Virus record (IMG/VR): IMGVR_UViG_3300044712_000340 | Span: 1 to 64,000 of that record | DNA length: 64,000 bases | DNA from: a virus | Reading direction: 5' to 3' (one strand) | Shown here: positions 30,300 to 40,902 of the stretch, one piece after another | How positions within the stretch are numbered: the first letter of the stretch is position 1 | Layout of the letters: each line of letters begins with the position of its first letter | Translations under genes and position numbers: made by a program | Notes under the pieces: model-generated | What the model saw: the letters and a program-made list of their open reading frames with translations, nothing else | The model's database searches: none | What the model was told of the DNA's origin: nothing

Positions 30300-31585
30300 A
30301 TGATATAAAAAGTAGAAAACAAAGAGAATTTGCTGATAAGTATATTGAATTATTTAATGATTATTATTCTATAGCAGAACCTTGTAATTTCTCTATTATA
30401 AGTGCCACTGGTACAGGAAAGTCTATGATTACTTTTCTTATTCTTGATGAAATACATAAGTATTTTGATAAAATAATTATATTAGTTAATGCTGATAGAC
30501 TTAGAGATTTTACTTGGAAAGAAGAATTCAAGAAGTGGAATAGACAAGATATATTAGCAAAAACAGAATTAGTTAATTATCAAACTGCTTATAAATGGAC
30601 TCAAGATAAAGTAGATTTATCTAAGACTTTTTTAGTATTGGATGAAATAGATTTCATTATTGGCACTGACAATTACGGGAGACTATTCCAAAACTACCCT
30701 GATGTTTCTATGTTAGGATTAACAGGTTATTGTGCTATAAGTAAAAGAGAAGAATTGAATAGAGTATGTAGACCTATTGTAGAATATACATTTGAACAAG
30801 CTGTAGCTGATGGAGTTATAAATGATGTAAAATTTGTATTTGTTAAGTTTGATTTAGATAAAGAAAAATCTATAAAAGTAGAATATACTGATAAAATAAC
30901 TAAACAAAGAAAATCATTTTATCAATCAGAAAATGATGCTTATGATTATGCAGATGCTGCATTTAGAATAGCCTATGGTAAGTGGGATAAAGCTAATTCA
31001 GATTATACATTAGGTATGTGTACAGCTAAAGAGTTATCTAATCTTGAGTATGATATGAAGAGAAAAAGAGATGCTAGATTGAAAATACTTTATAATGGTA
31101 TAGCATCTAAGAAGATAGCTTTAGGATTACAAGAATCTATTCTTAAGGAGTCTAATAATAAAGTTATAACTTTTAGTAGATATACAGCTCAATGTGATAA
31201 TATTAACAGTTATACCTATCATTCTAAAAATACAGACATTCAAAACGATTCTAATTTATCTAATTTTAATGAAGGTAAAATAAGAAGTTTAGGTGTTTGT
31301 AGTAAGATAGATAGAGGAGAAAACTTAAAAGGACTGAATAATATAATCCTAGAAAGTTATACCTCTAGTGATACTATTATCACGCAAAGAAGAGGGCGCT
31401 CCTCACGGTTAGGTGTAAATGAAGTTGCTACATTTTATGTTCTTCTTCCTTATTTTATGAGAAAGAACAAAGACAAGAGCTATACTTTAGCTGAAACTCA
31501 GGCTGTTACATGGGCTAAAAATATGTTAGCTCAAGAAGATACAAGTGATTGTAAAGTAATTGATTTACGAACAATAAAAGAATAA
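30296..31585 (+). CDS. Superfamily 2 helicase
   Basis: ATGTGKS, LDEID, GLTG, QRRGRSSR. Confidence 0.9.
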   Translation: MNDIKSRKQREFADKYIELFNDYYSIAEPCNFSIISATGTGKSMITFLILDEIHKYFDKIIILVNADRLRDFTWKEEFKKWNRQDILAKTELVNYQTAYKWTQDKVDLSKTFLVLDEIDFIIGTDNYGRLFQNYPDVSMLGLTGYCAISKREELNRVCRPIVEYTFEQAVADGVINDVKFVFVKFDLDKEKSIKVEYTDKITKQRKSFYQSENDAYDYADAAFRIAYGKWDKANSDYTLGMCTAKELSNLEYDMKRKRDARLKILYNGIASKKIALGLQESILKESNNKVITFSRYTAQCDNINSYTYHSKNTDIQNDSNLSNFNEGKIRSLGVCSKIDRGENLKGLNNIILESYTSSDTIITQRRGRSSRLGVNEVATFYVLLPYFMRKNKDKSYTLAETQAVTWAKNMLAQEDTSDCKVIDLRTIKE

Positions 31586-31918
31586 TATGTCATCAGAGGA
31601 ATTTTATAAAGAACAAAATGTTAAAGCTTTATATGATATGCCAGCAGGTATAGTAGCTTTGAAAGAAAAAGATTTATTTAAATTAATGGAAGATTACGCT
31701 TTACATTGTCAAGTAGAATCTGTAGTAGTTACTATGATAGATAATAAAGTTTTAGAAAAAGATTAAAATTTAATTTATGTGGTTATATAAAGCAATAATA
31801 GTAGCTATAGTTTTATTAATTCTAGTTGCTACTATGTATATAGTATACAATATACTAGTAATACAAAGAAAAGATAAAAAAGAACTAGATGAGTTAATTA
31901 AAAGAATTAAGGAAAGTC

Positions 31919-32341
31919 ATGACACAACAGGAGATACTTGATAATGAGTTAATTGCTGAATTTATGGGTATAGAAGTTACCAGATTTAAATTTAGAACTT
32001 GGGATGCTTTAATTATTGGGGATGAAGATGATGCAATGGATTACGGTAATCTAGTTTATTATAATCCTAATCATAATTGGAACCAATTGATGCCTGTAGT
32101 AGAGAAAATAGAATCTTTAAAGATGGATACAACTATCTCTATTTTTGAAGTTAAAATAGGTATTAACAGATGTTTTATTGAGAAGCATCCTCAATGGGAT
32201 TGGAATTTTGAAATATACCCTCAACCTATAGAAATAATAGATGATTCTATTAATAAAATTGAAGTTGTATGGAAAGCAGTTATTGAATTTATAAAATGGT
32301 ACAATGAACAAGGAAGAGATACTTCAAGTATTGATAGATAA
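31919..32341 (+). CDS. Hypothetical protein, paralogue of 28336-28710
   Basis: Shared MTQ.E...N.LIA...G, W.L.PV..KI and EFIKWYN/EWIKIYN motifs. Confidence 0.65.
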   Translation: MTQQEILDNELIAEFMGIEVTRFKFRTWDALIIGDEDDAMDYGNLVYYNPNHNWNQLMPVVEKIESLKMDTTISIFEVKIGINRCFIEKHPQWDWNFEIYPQPIEIIDDSINKIEVVWKAVIEFIKWYNEQGRDTSSIDR

Positions 32342-32753
32342 TAAAGTTATATTTAGATTGAATGATGAATACTTCTTGATTGATAAAAAAACTAATAAAG
32401 TTAAAGGTGGAAAATGTAAAAACTTACCAGACAAATATTTAGGAGTTACTTCAAAACAAAGCTATAAATATTTTATGGAAGATTGTGAAATTCCTTTTTT
32501 TAGTTCTGGTAATTTAGTATATTCGCTTCGGGAGGAGAGCATAGGTGCATTAGCTGTATTGAAGACTATACTTGAAAATCCTACCATTGACTATTTAATT
32601 TTAGTTTCAAAAATCAAATCTTTTTATAAACTTCCAGGTAAAACAACTGTACATCCTAAATTTAGTAAATTCTTAGAAACAGGTGTTTGGGAAGGTGTCT
32701 ATGAAAGTAAAATTAATAAAAACAACAATGATGAATATGTTGATAGTATGTAA
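32304..32753 (+). CDS. Hypothetical protein upstream of helicase
   Basis: ORF track. Confidence 0.6.
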   Translation: MNKEEILQVLIDNKVIFRLNDEYFLIDKKTNKVKGGKCKNLPDKYLGVTSKQSYKYFMEDCEIPFFSSGNLVYSLREESIGALAVLKTILENPTIDYLILVSKIKSFYKLPGKTTVHPKFSKFLETGVWEGVYESKINKNNNDEYVDSM

Positions 32754-32756
32754 GGT

Positions 32757-33833
32757 ATGAGTTACTATGAAATAGCCAAAGAACAAAGAGATAGAGGTAA
32801 GTTAGGATTAAATAAAGGTATACCAATACTTCTTCCTAAGTTTAGAAGGTATATACCTAATATACAAAAAGGTAAGTTCTATTTGATAGCAATGGATTCT
32901 GGGACAGGTAAAACAAAGTTGACAAATTATCTATTTATGTATACACCTTTCTTTCAATGGGTAAAAGCTAAAGGTAATTTTGATATTGATATTAGATACT
33001 ACACAGCAGAGATGCCTATAGAAGAAATAATAGCAGAATTTCATGCTTATTGGGTGTTTCTTAATAGTCAAAAACTAACAGACATGGATCATATCTACTC
33101 TTTTGGTGAGAACAAGCTAGATAAAGAGATTGATGATATGTTAGAATCTAATGAATGTAAAGATATTACTAAGGAATTTGAAAAGAAAGTAAAAATTATA
33201 AATGAATCCTTTGGTAGAAAGTATATTTACAAACAACTAATAGCTAGTGCTGAAAGAAATGGTACAATATCCTGGGAAACCAATAATGACTCACATTTTA
33301 TAAAATCCTACAAAGAACACAATCCTAATATGTATAATATCAATATAGTAGATAACTTTCAAAGACTGGTTAGTTTACCAGGTGAAAGTTCTAAACAAAC
33401 TATTGATGAGTTATCAAGACAGATGGATTGGGGAAGACAGAAGTTTAACCAAATATGGGTTGGATTACAACAAATCAATAGAAACACTAAGAATCTTGAT
33501 AGGTATAAATTAGGCCAGTATTTTCCTGGCCCAGAGTCTTTAAAAGATACAGAAAACCCTTTTCATGATTGTCAAGTGTGTATAGTTGGTATTAGTCCTA
33601 AAGCTTTAAACCTTAAAGAGTATGATGGGTATAAAGTAGCTCATGACAAGGAAAGTAAAGGATTAATGGATAGACTTAGACCTATTAGAATATTGAAAAA
33701 TAGAGGAGGTATATCTAATAAAACAGGATATTTAGGATTTCTAGGAGAATGTGCCCATTTCTTTGAACTACCAGAAGCAGATAAAATATCTGTTAAATTT
33801 TATGATGATTTTTATAATAATTATGGAGAGTAA
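32757..33833 (+). CDS. DnaB-like replicative helicase
   Basis: DSGTGKT, AEM, IVDN, QQINR, LKNRGG. Confidence 0.85.
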   Translation: MSYYEIAKEQRDRGKLGLNKGIPILLPKFRRYIPNIQKGKFYLIAMDSGTGKTKLTNYLFMYTPFFQWVKAKGNFDIDIRYYTAEMPIEEIIAEFHAYWVFLNSQKLTDMDHIYSFGENKLDKEIDDMLESNECKDITKEFEKKVKIINESFGRKYIYKQLIASAERNGTISWETNNDSHFIKSYKEHNPNMYNINIVDNFQRLVSLPGESSKQTIDELSRQMDWGRQKFNQIWVGLQQINRNTKNLDRYKLGQYFPGPESLKDTENPFHDCQVCIVGISPKALNLKEYDGYKVAHDKESKGLMDRLRPIRILKNRGGISNKTGYLGFLGECAHFFELPEADKISVKFYDDFYNNYGE

Positions 33834-34358
33834 TGTTACACCAAGAGAAAATATTAAAAGAAATTTTAGTTGATTCATATCGTACATGTGATAAATGCAA
33901 TAAAACTATACAAGAATGTAGTGAAGAACTAATAAAGCTACTTGAAGAAAATGAGTACAATGTACAGCATAAAACATGGGATATTTAACTAGTAATTATG
34001 ATAGTAGAAGTAACATATCAATCAAGTGATTTGTATAGAGGTAAATGCTCAAATTGTGGTGAATGGACTACTACTCTTGTTAAAGGAGAAGGTAGGTGTA
34101 TTGACTGCATTGAAGATGAGAGATTCTTTGATGAAACTATGAAAATAAAACAAAATGAAATTAGAGATTGAGTATGGAAGAAGACAATGATGTTACAGAA
34201 AATACTGTTTTACCTAAATTAATACTAGAATCTAAAGGTATGAAATTGAATGGTAAACAGTATGAGAAGCTTATTACTTTTCTTGAAAAGTTCAGAGAAG
34301 ATTTAAGCTATACTTCAGAATTTATAATAACAGGTTTTTATATTAATTATACAGAGTA

Positions 34359-35063
34359 ATGGCAGATATTATATTAAATATTGGAAAATCAGGTAGTGGT
34401 AAAACTTCAGGTCTAAGAAATTTACCAGCAGAAAAAACATTTATGATTAGACCAAACAGTAAATCTTTACCTTTTCCTGGTGGAGATAAGAATTTTGTAG
34501 AAGGTAAAAATTTGTTGATTACAGATGCTATGTCTACTGTAAAATCTACTTTGATTCAAGCTAGTAAAGCAGCTAATAATCCTTATAAGTACTACATAAT
34601 TGAAGATTTAAATCATTTCTTTAATGCAAGAACTACAAGTGATGCTTTTATAGCTCAAAATTCAGGGGGTGCAGCTTTCAGTAAATGGAATCAATTTGCA
34701 GCAGATATTATACAATCATTTATTGTAGTAGCTAAAGCTTTACCAGCAGATAGTTATTTGATTATCTTAGCTCATACAGAGGAAAAAGATGATGGTACTA
34801 TTGGAATGCAAACATCAGGTAAATTGTTAGAAAGTAATCTTTATATTCCTGGATATGTAACTTATGTATTACATAGCATGATTACAGGGGATGCTAAAGA
34901 TCCTAATTATGTGTATTTAACTAATGCGGATGGATTACATTTAGCTAAATCACCGGCAGGTAGTTTAGATAAAACTATGCCTAATGATATGTACAAAGTT
35001 GTATTAGCTGTAGACGCTTATAAAAAAGGTGAAAGTAAAGTTCAAGTTAAATGGAAAGAATAA
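34359..35063 (+). CDS. AAA ATPase (Sak4/AAA_24-like)
   Basis: GKSGSGKT, IIED, ILAH, AKSP. Confidence 0.8.
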   Translation: MADIILNIGKSGSGKTSGLRNLPAEKTFMIRPNSKSLPFPGGDKNFVEGKNLLITDAMSTVKSTLIQASKAANNPYKYYIIEDLNHFFNARTTSDAFIAQNSGGAAFSKWNQFAADIIQSFIVVAKALPADSYLIILAHTEEKDDGTIGMQTSGKLLESNLYIPGYVTYVLHSMITGDAKDPNYVYLTNADGLHLAKSPAGSLDKTMPNDMYKVVLAVDAYKKGESKVQVKWKE

Positions 35064-35088
35064 TTATTAATATATTAAAAATCAAATT

Positions 35089-35844
35089 ATGGTAGGAATA
35101 GGTATCAATGAAAATGTAACAATTAGTAGTGAAACAAAAATTAATGATAAAGGTACATTAGAATTAATTTTAAAACAAGGCAGTTTGTCAGAAGAAGAAA
35201 AAGTGTTAGCTTCTTTAGGGGGTAACGATGTAGATGATAAATCTACTAAATTATTATTGTTTAATCCAAAACTAACTAATGATAGTACTGGTGTAGTAAA
35301 AGCTCCTGGTCAAATTATGAAAGAAATTCAAGATTTTAGAAAACAACTGGCTGAATTTCTATTGTGTTATATGACTACAGAGGAAGTAGAATCTTTATTT
35401 GGCTCAAATATTCCAAAGACTTTATCTAAAATTGAAGATGATAAAGCTTTTGTTGTAGCATTAAAGAAAGACACTACTGTAGATGCTATTACAACAGGGA
35501 TGGTTACATTATTTGTTAAGTTATGTAAAGAGAATAATATATTTGATAGTAAGAAAACATTTAGATTGAAACTTTGGAGACAAAAGAAAGAGAAGAACTT
35601 TCCTAAACTTCCAGCAGGGTTTTCTAAATGGGTTGAGCCTATGGACGTACCTACACCCAAAGTTAAAATTGAAAAATTTGATGAACAGCCTTATGATAGT
35701 ACAACTAAATTATGTAGAGTAAGTAAAGAACCTATGGAAGCGGATACAATTTCTCCAGAAGTTGTAGAAACTACCAACAGTGTATTTAATAATTTAGAAG
35801 AAGAATCTAAAGGGTTTGTATTTCCAGATTCATTAAATTCATAA
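35089..35844 (+). CDS. Putative ssDNA-binding protein
   Basis: Follows Sak4-like ATPase; acidic C-terminus; function inferred from synteny. Confidence 0.45.
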   Translation: MVGIGINENVTISSETKINDKGTLELILKQGSLSEEEKVLASLGGNDVDDKSTKLLLFNPKLTNDSTGVVKAPGQIMKEIQDFRKQLAEFLLCYMTTEEVESLFGSNIPKTLSKIEDDKAFVVALKKDTTVDAITTGMVTLFVKLCKENNIFDSKKTFRLKLWRQKKEKNFPKLPAGFSKWVEPMDVPTPKVKIEKFDEQPYDSTTKLCRVSKEPMEADTISPEVVETTNSVFNNLEEESKGFVFPDSLNS

Positions 35845-35851
35845 AAAAAAT

Positions 35852-36886
35852 ATGTGTTTAGTAGATGAGTTAGTAAATGAAAGCTTGTCTATTACAAACA
35901 TATTAAGGTATATTGATGATTACTCAATATATTCTAAATATATAGGAGAAGAGTTAGAGTTAAATACTTGTTACTCTTCTCCCATTAGAGAAGGGGATGA
36001 TATACCTTCCTTTTGTTTGTATAAGACAAATAATAAAATTAAATTCAAGGATTTTGCAAGAGCAGAACTGAAAGGAGATATTTTTGATTTTGTAAAAATA
36101 CTTATAGGAAAGGAAAAATTCAAAGAAATCCCCTTGTATAGAGTATTACAACAAATAGATTCTGATTTTCAATTAGGTCTATATACAGATGTAGGAGAGT
36201 TACCTAAACTACAAATAAGAAAAATAAGTGATATTAAAGTTAAAGATAAATACACTATTAATGTTACTTCCCACAAAATACCAACACAAGAATTTACAGA
36301 TTATTGGGAAAATAAATATGATATAACAGAGGATATATTAAAAATGTACAATTGTACCAATCCTCAAATATTACACTTTACCTCTAAATCAAATAAATTT
36401 CATGTATACCCTAAAAGTTTATGCATATCTTATCAGATAGGAGGAAAATATAAAATTTATTTTCCATTCGAACATAAATCAAAAAAATTCAGAAATGACT
36501 TTCCTTCCAATTGGGTAGAAGGTTATATGCAACTAAAAAGGAAGAATAATTTCTTTATTATAACTAAAGCCATGAAAGAAGTTATGTTTTTTAGAAAGCA
36601 TTTTGATTGGGACACAGTAGCAGGTAAATCAGAAACTACGATGATACCAAATCATCTTATGATAAAACTCTTTAATGATTATGAAAAAGGTTATATATGG
36701 TTAGATAGGGATGAAGCAGGTAGACAATCTCAAAAAGATTATATTGCTAAATACCCTAATTTAATACCAATAGTATATCCTGATTATATAACACAAAAAG
36801 ACGTAACTGATAGGTATGATTTTATGAAACAGGCTGGATTACAGCAAATTGCATTAAATGAAATAAAACAATTAATAAATAAATAA
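35852..36886 (+). CDS. DNA primase (TOPRIM)
   Basis: SPIRE.D..PSF, FKDF, WLDRDEAG, KDVTD. Confidence 0.85.
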   Translation: MCLVDELVNESLSITNILRYIDDYSIYSKYIGEELELNTCYSSPIREGDDIPSFCLYKTNNKIKFKDFARAELKGDIFDFVKILIGKEKFKEIPLYRVLQQIDSDFQLGLYTDVGELPKLQIRKISDIKVKDKYTINVTSHKIPTQEFTDYWENKYDITEDILKMYNCTNPQILHFTSKSNKFHVYPKSLCISYQIGGKYKIYFPFEHKSKKFRNDFPSNWVEGYMQLKRKNNFFIITKAMKEVMFFRKHFDWDTVAGKSETTMIPNHLMIKLFNDYEKGYIWLDRDEAGRQSQKDYIAKYPNLIPIVYPDYITQKDVTDRYDFMKQAGLQQIALNEIKQLINK

Positions 36887-36889
36887 AGT

Positions 36890-37498
36890 ATGAAAACAAT
36901 TAAATTAAAGTTATTAACTCAAAATCAATTACAACCAATTACAACAAATGCAAGTACTTTTGCAGAATTTAAAGCAGATGAACAAGTTAAAGCTTTAGGT
37001 ATTGATTGGAGTAGTCATAAATTAATAGACAGGGCTACAAGGGCTACATTTGAATTGGACGAAGCTAAGATGCCAGAAGTAGACTCCATCATGTTTGTTA
37101 CCCCTACTAAAACTAAATCAGGCATGTTATCTTATAAAGAAGCCAAAGAAGAAATTCAAAAACTTATATCTGAAGGTAAAATTGAGAAAATCAGTTGGGT
37201 AGGTAAATCCACTAAAGATTTGAATGATCTTTTACAAAAATCTTTTACAGAAAAAACTGGGAAATTAGTTACTGAAAAAGTAGCACAAGAATTAAACGAA
37301 AAGGATACTATTGTAGAAGAAATTCAAGAGTTACTTACTAAAGTATCTAACAAAGTAAATGAATTATCTAAATTATCAGGTAATGATACTTCTGTTCTTG
37401 CTAAAGAACTTAAAGAGTTTAAAGAAAACTTAGCAGATTTTGTCACTAATGATGATCTAACTAAGGAGTTAAAAGATATTCAAAGCAGACTTAAATAA
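36890..37498 (+). CDS. Ubiquitin-like (beta-grasp) protein with C-terminal extension
   Basis: 78-aa N-terminal domain ending KTKSG; adjacent E2/JAB/E1 genes. Confidence 0.6.
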   Translation: MKTIKLKLLTQNQLQPITTNASTFAEFKADEQVKALGIDWSSHKLIDRATRATFELDEAKMPEVDSIMFVTPTKTKSGMLSYKEAKEEIQKLISEGKIEKISWVGKSTKDLNDLLQKSFTEKTGKLVTEKVAQELNEKDTIVEEIQELLTKVSNKVNELSKLSGNDTSVLAKELKEFKENLADFVTNDDLTKELKDIQSRLK

Positions 37499-37502
37499 TA
37501 GT

Positions 37503-37524
37503 AAAGAGCCGAAAGGCTCTTTTT
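37503..37524 (+). terminator. Intrinsic terminator between Ubl and E2 genes
   Basis: AAAGAGCC-GAAA-GGCTCTTT-TT. Confidence 0.85.
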
Positions 37525-37543
37525 CATTTTAAATAGTTATAAA

Positions 37544-38743
37544 ATGGTGATACCAGAAGAATTATTAAAAATGTCAGAAAAAGAGCTTAAAGAGGCTCTA
37601 CCTGATAATATATTTAAAGCAACCTACATACAACATCACTCAGAAATATATAAAATACTACATAAATTAAATAAAATTTTAACTGTTTATTCTTACACTG
37701 ATAAAGTTATCACTACAATATCTAATCAATTACACGAGGATTACTATGAGCCTTTTACAATAAGTAGCTTTAAAATTGCAGTAGAAAGTAAGAGAGAAAA
37801 ATATTTAAAAACTTTAGATGTAGATAAGTTCATTAATTGGATAGAAAGTGTAGTAAAATCTTATATAGACGAAGATAAATATGATATACAAAAAATAAAT
37901 GAAAGTAGAGTAGAGTTAATACTATACTATCCTGAAATATCTATTACTAATAGTGTAGAATTTAAGCATACTTTAAGAGATGTATATTTAAAGTATATAT
38001 TTATTAAATCAAAAAATCTATGGGGATTTAATTCTATATCTATGTGTAGAAATACTTATACTGAAAAAGAATGGTTAGATTATTATATGCATTCTCATAT
38101 CGCTGTGTCTTACTTAAATTCATATTCTTCTAGTTTTTGTATGGGCAGTAATACTCCTACAAGTAACTTGTTAACTCAGTTTCAAAAAAATTTATTAAAA
38201 TTTAGAGAATTTATACTATTATTTGAAGCTTATTTAAGTTGGGAAAGCATAGAAGGTAAACCTTATAGGTATATAGAAAATGTATTGAAACCTATAGAAG
38301 CTAATTATGATTTTATAGGTTTAGAAGTTATACCTGATTACATTACTGTAGTATATACTTTAACTAAAAGAGTTTTAAGTATTTTACAAGATATACAATT
38401 TGACTATATTCCTCTTGTATTTAGTAGAAATTACACTATTATATTAAAACAATCTACTGTAGATGAAATAGATGAACTACTTACTAAAGAATACCCTGAG
38501 TATTGTTATACTGTTTTAGATGACAATACAGTAAAATTAAAAGAAAGAGTTAGATTAACTGTAAATGGTAAACATACTGATATTTATTTTAAAGGTGAGA
38601 ATAAATTAATAACTATAATCCCTGAAAAAGATACAGTTAAAGAAGATTTACCTATAAAAATACATAGAAGTTTATTAAATTCAGTAACAAAAGAGATTAA
38701 AGAGCAATTCGAACAATTTATAATTAATAAAATATTAGGATGA
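37544..38743 (+). CDS. Prokaryotic E2-like conjugating enzyme
   Basis: HSH(183-185)...FC199MG signature; operon context. Confidence 0.65.
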   Translation: MVIPEELLKMSEKELKEALPDNIFKATYIQHHSEIYKILHKLNKILTVYSYTDKVITTISNQLHEDYYEPFTISSFKIAVESKREKYLKTLDVDKFINWIESVVKSYIDEDKYDIQKINESRVELILYYPEISITNSVEFKHTLRDVYLKYIFIKSKNLWGFNSISMCRNTYTEKEWLDYYMHSHIAVSYLNSYSSSFCMGSNTPTSNLLTQFQKNLLKFREFILLFEAYLSWESIEGKPYRYIENVLKPIEANYDFIGLEVIPDYITVVYTLTKRVLSILQDIQFDYIPLVFSRNYTIILKQSTVDEIDELLTKEYPEYCYTVLDDNTVKLKERVRLTVNGKHTDIYFKGENKLITIIPEKDTVKEDLPIKIHRSLLNSVTKEIKEQFEQFIINKILG

Positions 38744-39759
38744 AAGAAGAAAATATAGGAGTGATTGGTACACTTAAAATAAGTAAAAGATTACAAAAGA
38801 TAATAGATTATCTTCATTATAAAATAGGATCTGTAGAGTGGTCAGGAGTTTTATACTATAAATTAACTAAAGGTAATTTAGAGGATTTAGAAGATTTAGA
38901 ATTTGAGGCTACTTTTATGTATCCTATGAATATAGGATCTTCAACATATACTGAGTTTGATTACAATGGAGAACTAGTATCTGCTTATGATATATTTGAG
39001 GAAGGACTTGAGCAATCTACATCTCTCATACATACACATCATTCTATGGGAGCATTTCATTCTGGTACAGATTTAAAAGAACTTACAGATAATGCAGATA
39101 AATATAATTATTATCTATCATTAGTAGTAAATTTCTCACATACTTATTGTGCTAAATTAGCTATTCCTTCTACTGAAATTGTAAATTATACCTCATATAT
39201 TAAAAATCAAGAAGGTAAATTGGTTAATTTTCATGGAGAAAGAGAAGAGAAGATACTCCTTATAGGTGATTTAAATATTGTATTTGAAGAAGAAGTAACT
39301 AATGAATCTTGGCTAGATGAGAGAATAAAAACACTACAAGAAAAGTCTAAAGAACAAAAAATTAGATTTAAAGATGCTAATGTTTTTGATATAGGTCTAC
39401 CTAACTTTGGTTTTGATAGATTTAAAGAAAATCTAAAAAGTTCTATAAGTGCTACTACAGAAGTAACTACAGATAAATTTCTAGCTTCTTTACTTTCTTT
39501 AAATGAAAAGATTACAGATAGTTTTGAAGCTATTCTTAAATTGCATTTAGATGCTACAGAAGAAGAATTAGATATACTTGAAGAGGCATTAGAGTCTAAT
39601 TACGAAATTATACATGAGAATTTGTATGGTATGGATGCTGATATAAGAAGTGACTCTATAAATGCTTTACATGAGTTGAATAAATATCTCTCTAAGTATG
39701 GAAAGTATAAAATATTTGATGTTTTAGATTTAATACTATCTAGCTATGTCGCAATTTAA
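38740..39759 (+). CDS. JAB/MPN+ metallopeptidase
   Basis: E33 (EWSG), H98-x-H100, S108, D111. Confidence 0.85.
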   Translation: MKEENIGVIGTLKISKRLQKIIDYLHYKIGSVEWSGVLYYKLTKGNLEDLEDLEFEATFMYPMNIGSSTYTEFDYNGELVSAYDIFEEGLEQSTSLIHTHHSMGAFHSGTDLKELTDNADKYNYYLSLVVNFSHTYCAKLAIPSTEIVNYTSYIKNQEGKLVNFHGEREEKILLIGDLNIVFEEEVTNESWLDERIKTLQEKSKEQKIRFKDANVFDIGLPNFGFDRFKENLKSSISATTEVTTDKFLASLLSLNEKITDSFEAILKLHLDATEEELDILEEALESNYEIIHENLYGMDADIRSDSINALHELNKYLSKYGKYKIFDVLDLILSSYVAI

Positions 39760-40405
39760 TGATAGATTTAAAGACGCTCCTTGGTACAATCAAAGTTGTA
39801 ATGAAGAAATATTAGTTGTAGGAGCAGGAGGTATAGGCTCTAATTTTGTTTATTGCTTGGGTAAATCTACTTTAATGAGAATATTTTTAATGGATTCAGA
39901 TAAAGTAGAATATCACAATGTAGGTACACAGTTTTTCACAAAAGAAGATGTAGGGAGTAATAAAGTACGGGCAATGTATGAATACATGAGTAAATGTAAT
40001 AGGTACATTGGTACGATACAAAGAAGGTATGATAGCTCATTTTCTCCAATTATGGTAGCTGCTGTAGATAACATGAAAACTAGAAAAGAGATATTCGATG
40101 CATGGAGGCAAAAAGAAAATAGAGAGCTATTACTTGATGGTAGATTGCGTGCAAATTATTATGAAATTTATGCTGTTATTTCAGGTAAGGAAGATGAATA
40201 TGAAAAAACATTATTCTTAGATTCAGAAGTAGACTCAGGGCCTTGTACATTTAAGCAAACAGCTTATTTTGGTATGTTGATAGGAGCTAGAATGACACAA
40301 ATAATAGTTAATTACTTAACTAATAAGTATTCAGAAGAACCTATTTGTAATGTACCATTTAAAGTCAGTGAATTTGGTGAACCTTTTAGTATAGAAATAT
40401 TATGA
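39746..40405 (+). CDS. ThiF/E1-like activating enzyme
   Basis: GAGGIG, D.D.VE..N...Q, AVDN...R, DGR, Cys167. Confidence 0.9.
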   Translation: MSQFNDRFKDAPWYNQSCNEEILVVGAGGIGSNFVYCLGKSTLMRIFLMDSDKVEYHNVGTQFFTKEDVGSNKVRAMYEYMSKCNRYIGTIQRRYDSSFSPIMVAAVDNMKTRKEIFDAWRQKENRELLLDGRLRANYYEIYAVISGKEDEYEKTLFLDSEVDSGPCTFKQTAYFGMLIGARMTQIIVNYLTNKYSEEPICNVPFKVSEFGEPFSIEIL

Positions 40406-40902
40406 TTTTAAAAAGAAATGATAAGATTTTACCATTGATTTTTACTTTGCCTGAGTATGAGAATTCTAAGTATATAGACCTAGTGTTTCCAACTTATTGT
40501 TCTACTGTGTATAAAGAATCAGCATATAATTTTGTTACTGATAATAATCATGGGTATGTACATAGAACAAGGTATAATGAGTACTATAAGACTTTCTATT
40601 TAGGAATAATAGATAAAAAAGAAGAAAGTATAATTTCAATGTTAGTAAAGTACAATAATGAAAATTATTTATTATTATGTAAAGATTTTGCAGAAAAAAA
40701 CACAAGTGCTACAAGAAAAATAAAGAAAAGCGCAGTAGAAACATATAACATAGATGTAAAAAAGAAATTAATACTAGCTGAAGAAAGCGAATTATATGAA
40801 TATTATTTAAAACTTATAAGTCCTACATTTGAAGATTATAAACAAGAGAATAAAGTAAAATTAGCTAAAGAATTTATAGAATGGAAGAAAAACAACGATT
40901 AG
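40402..40902 (+). CDS. Hypothetical protein coupled to E1 gene
   Basis: ATGA overlap. Confidence 0.65.
   Translation: MILKRNDKILPLIFTLPEYENSKYIDLVFPTYCSTVYKESAYNFVTDNNHGYVHRTRYNEYYKTFYLGIIDKKEESIISMLVKYNNENYLLLCKDFAEKNTSATRKIKKSAVETYNIDVKKKLILAEESELYEYYLKLISPTFEDYKQENKVKLAKEFIEWKKNND

Noticed and set aside
39746-40405. ThiF as a thiamine or molybdopterin biosynthesis gene
   Set aside because: No ThiS/ThiG/MoaE partners; neighbours are JAB and E2-like genes
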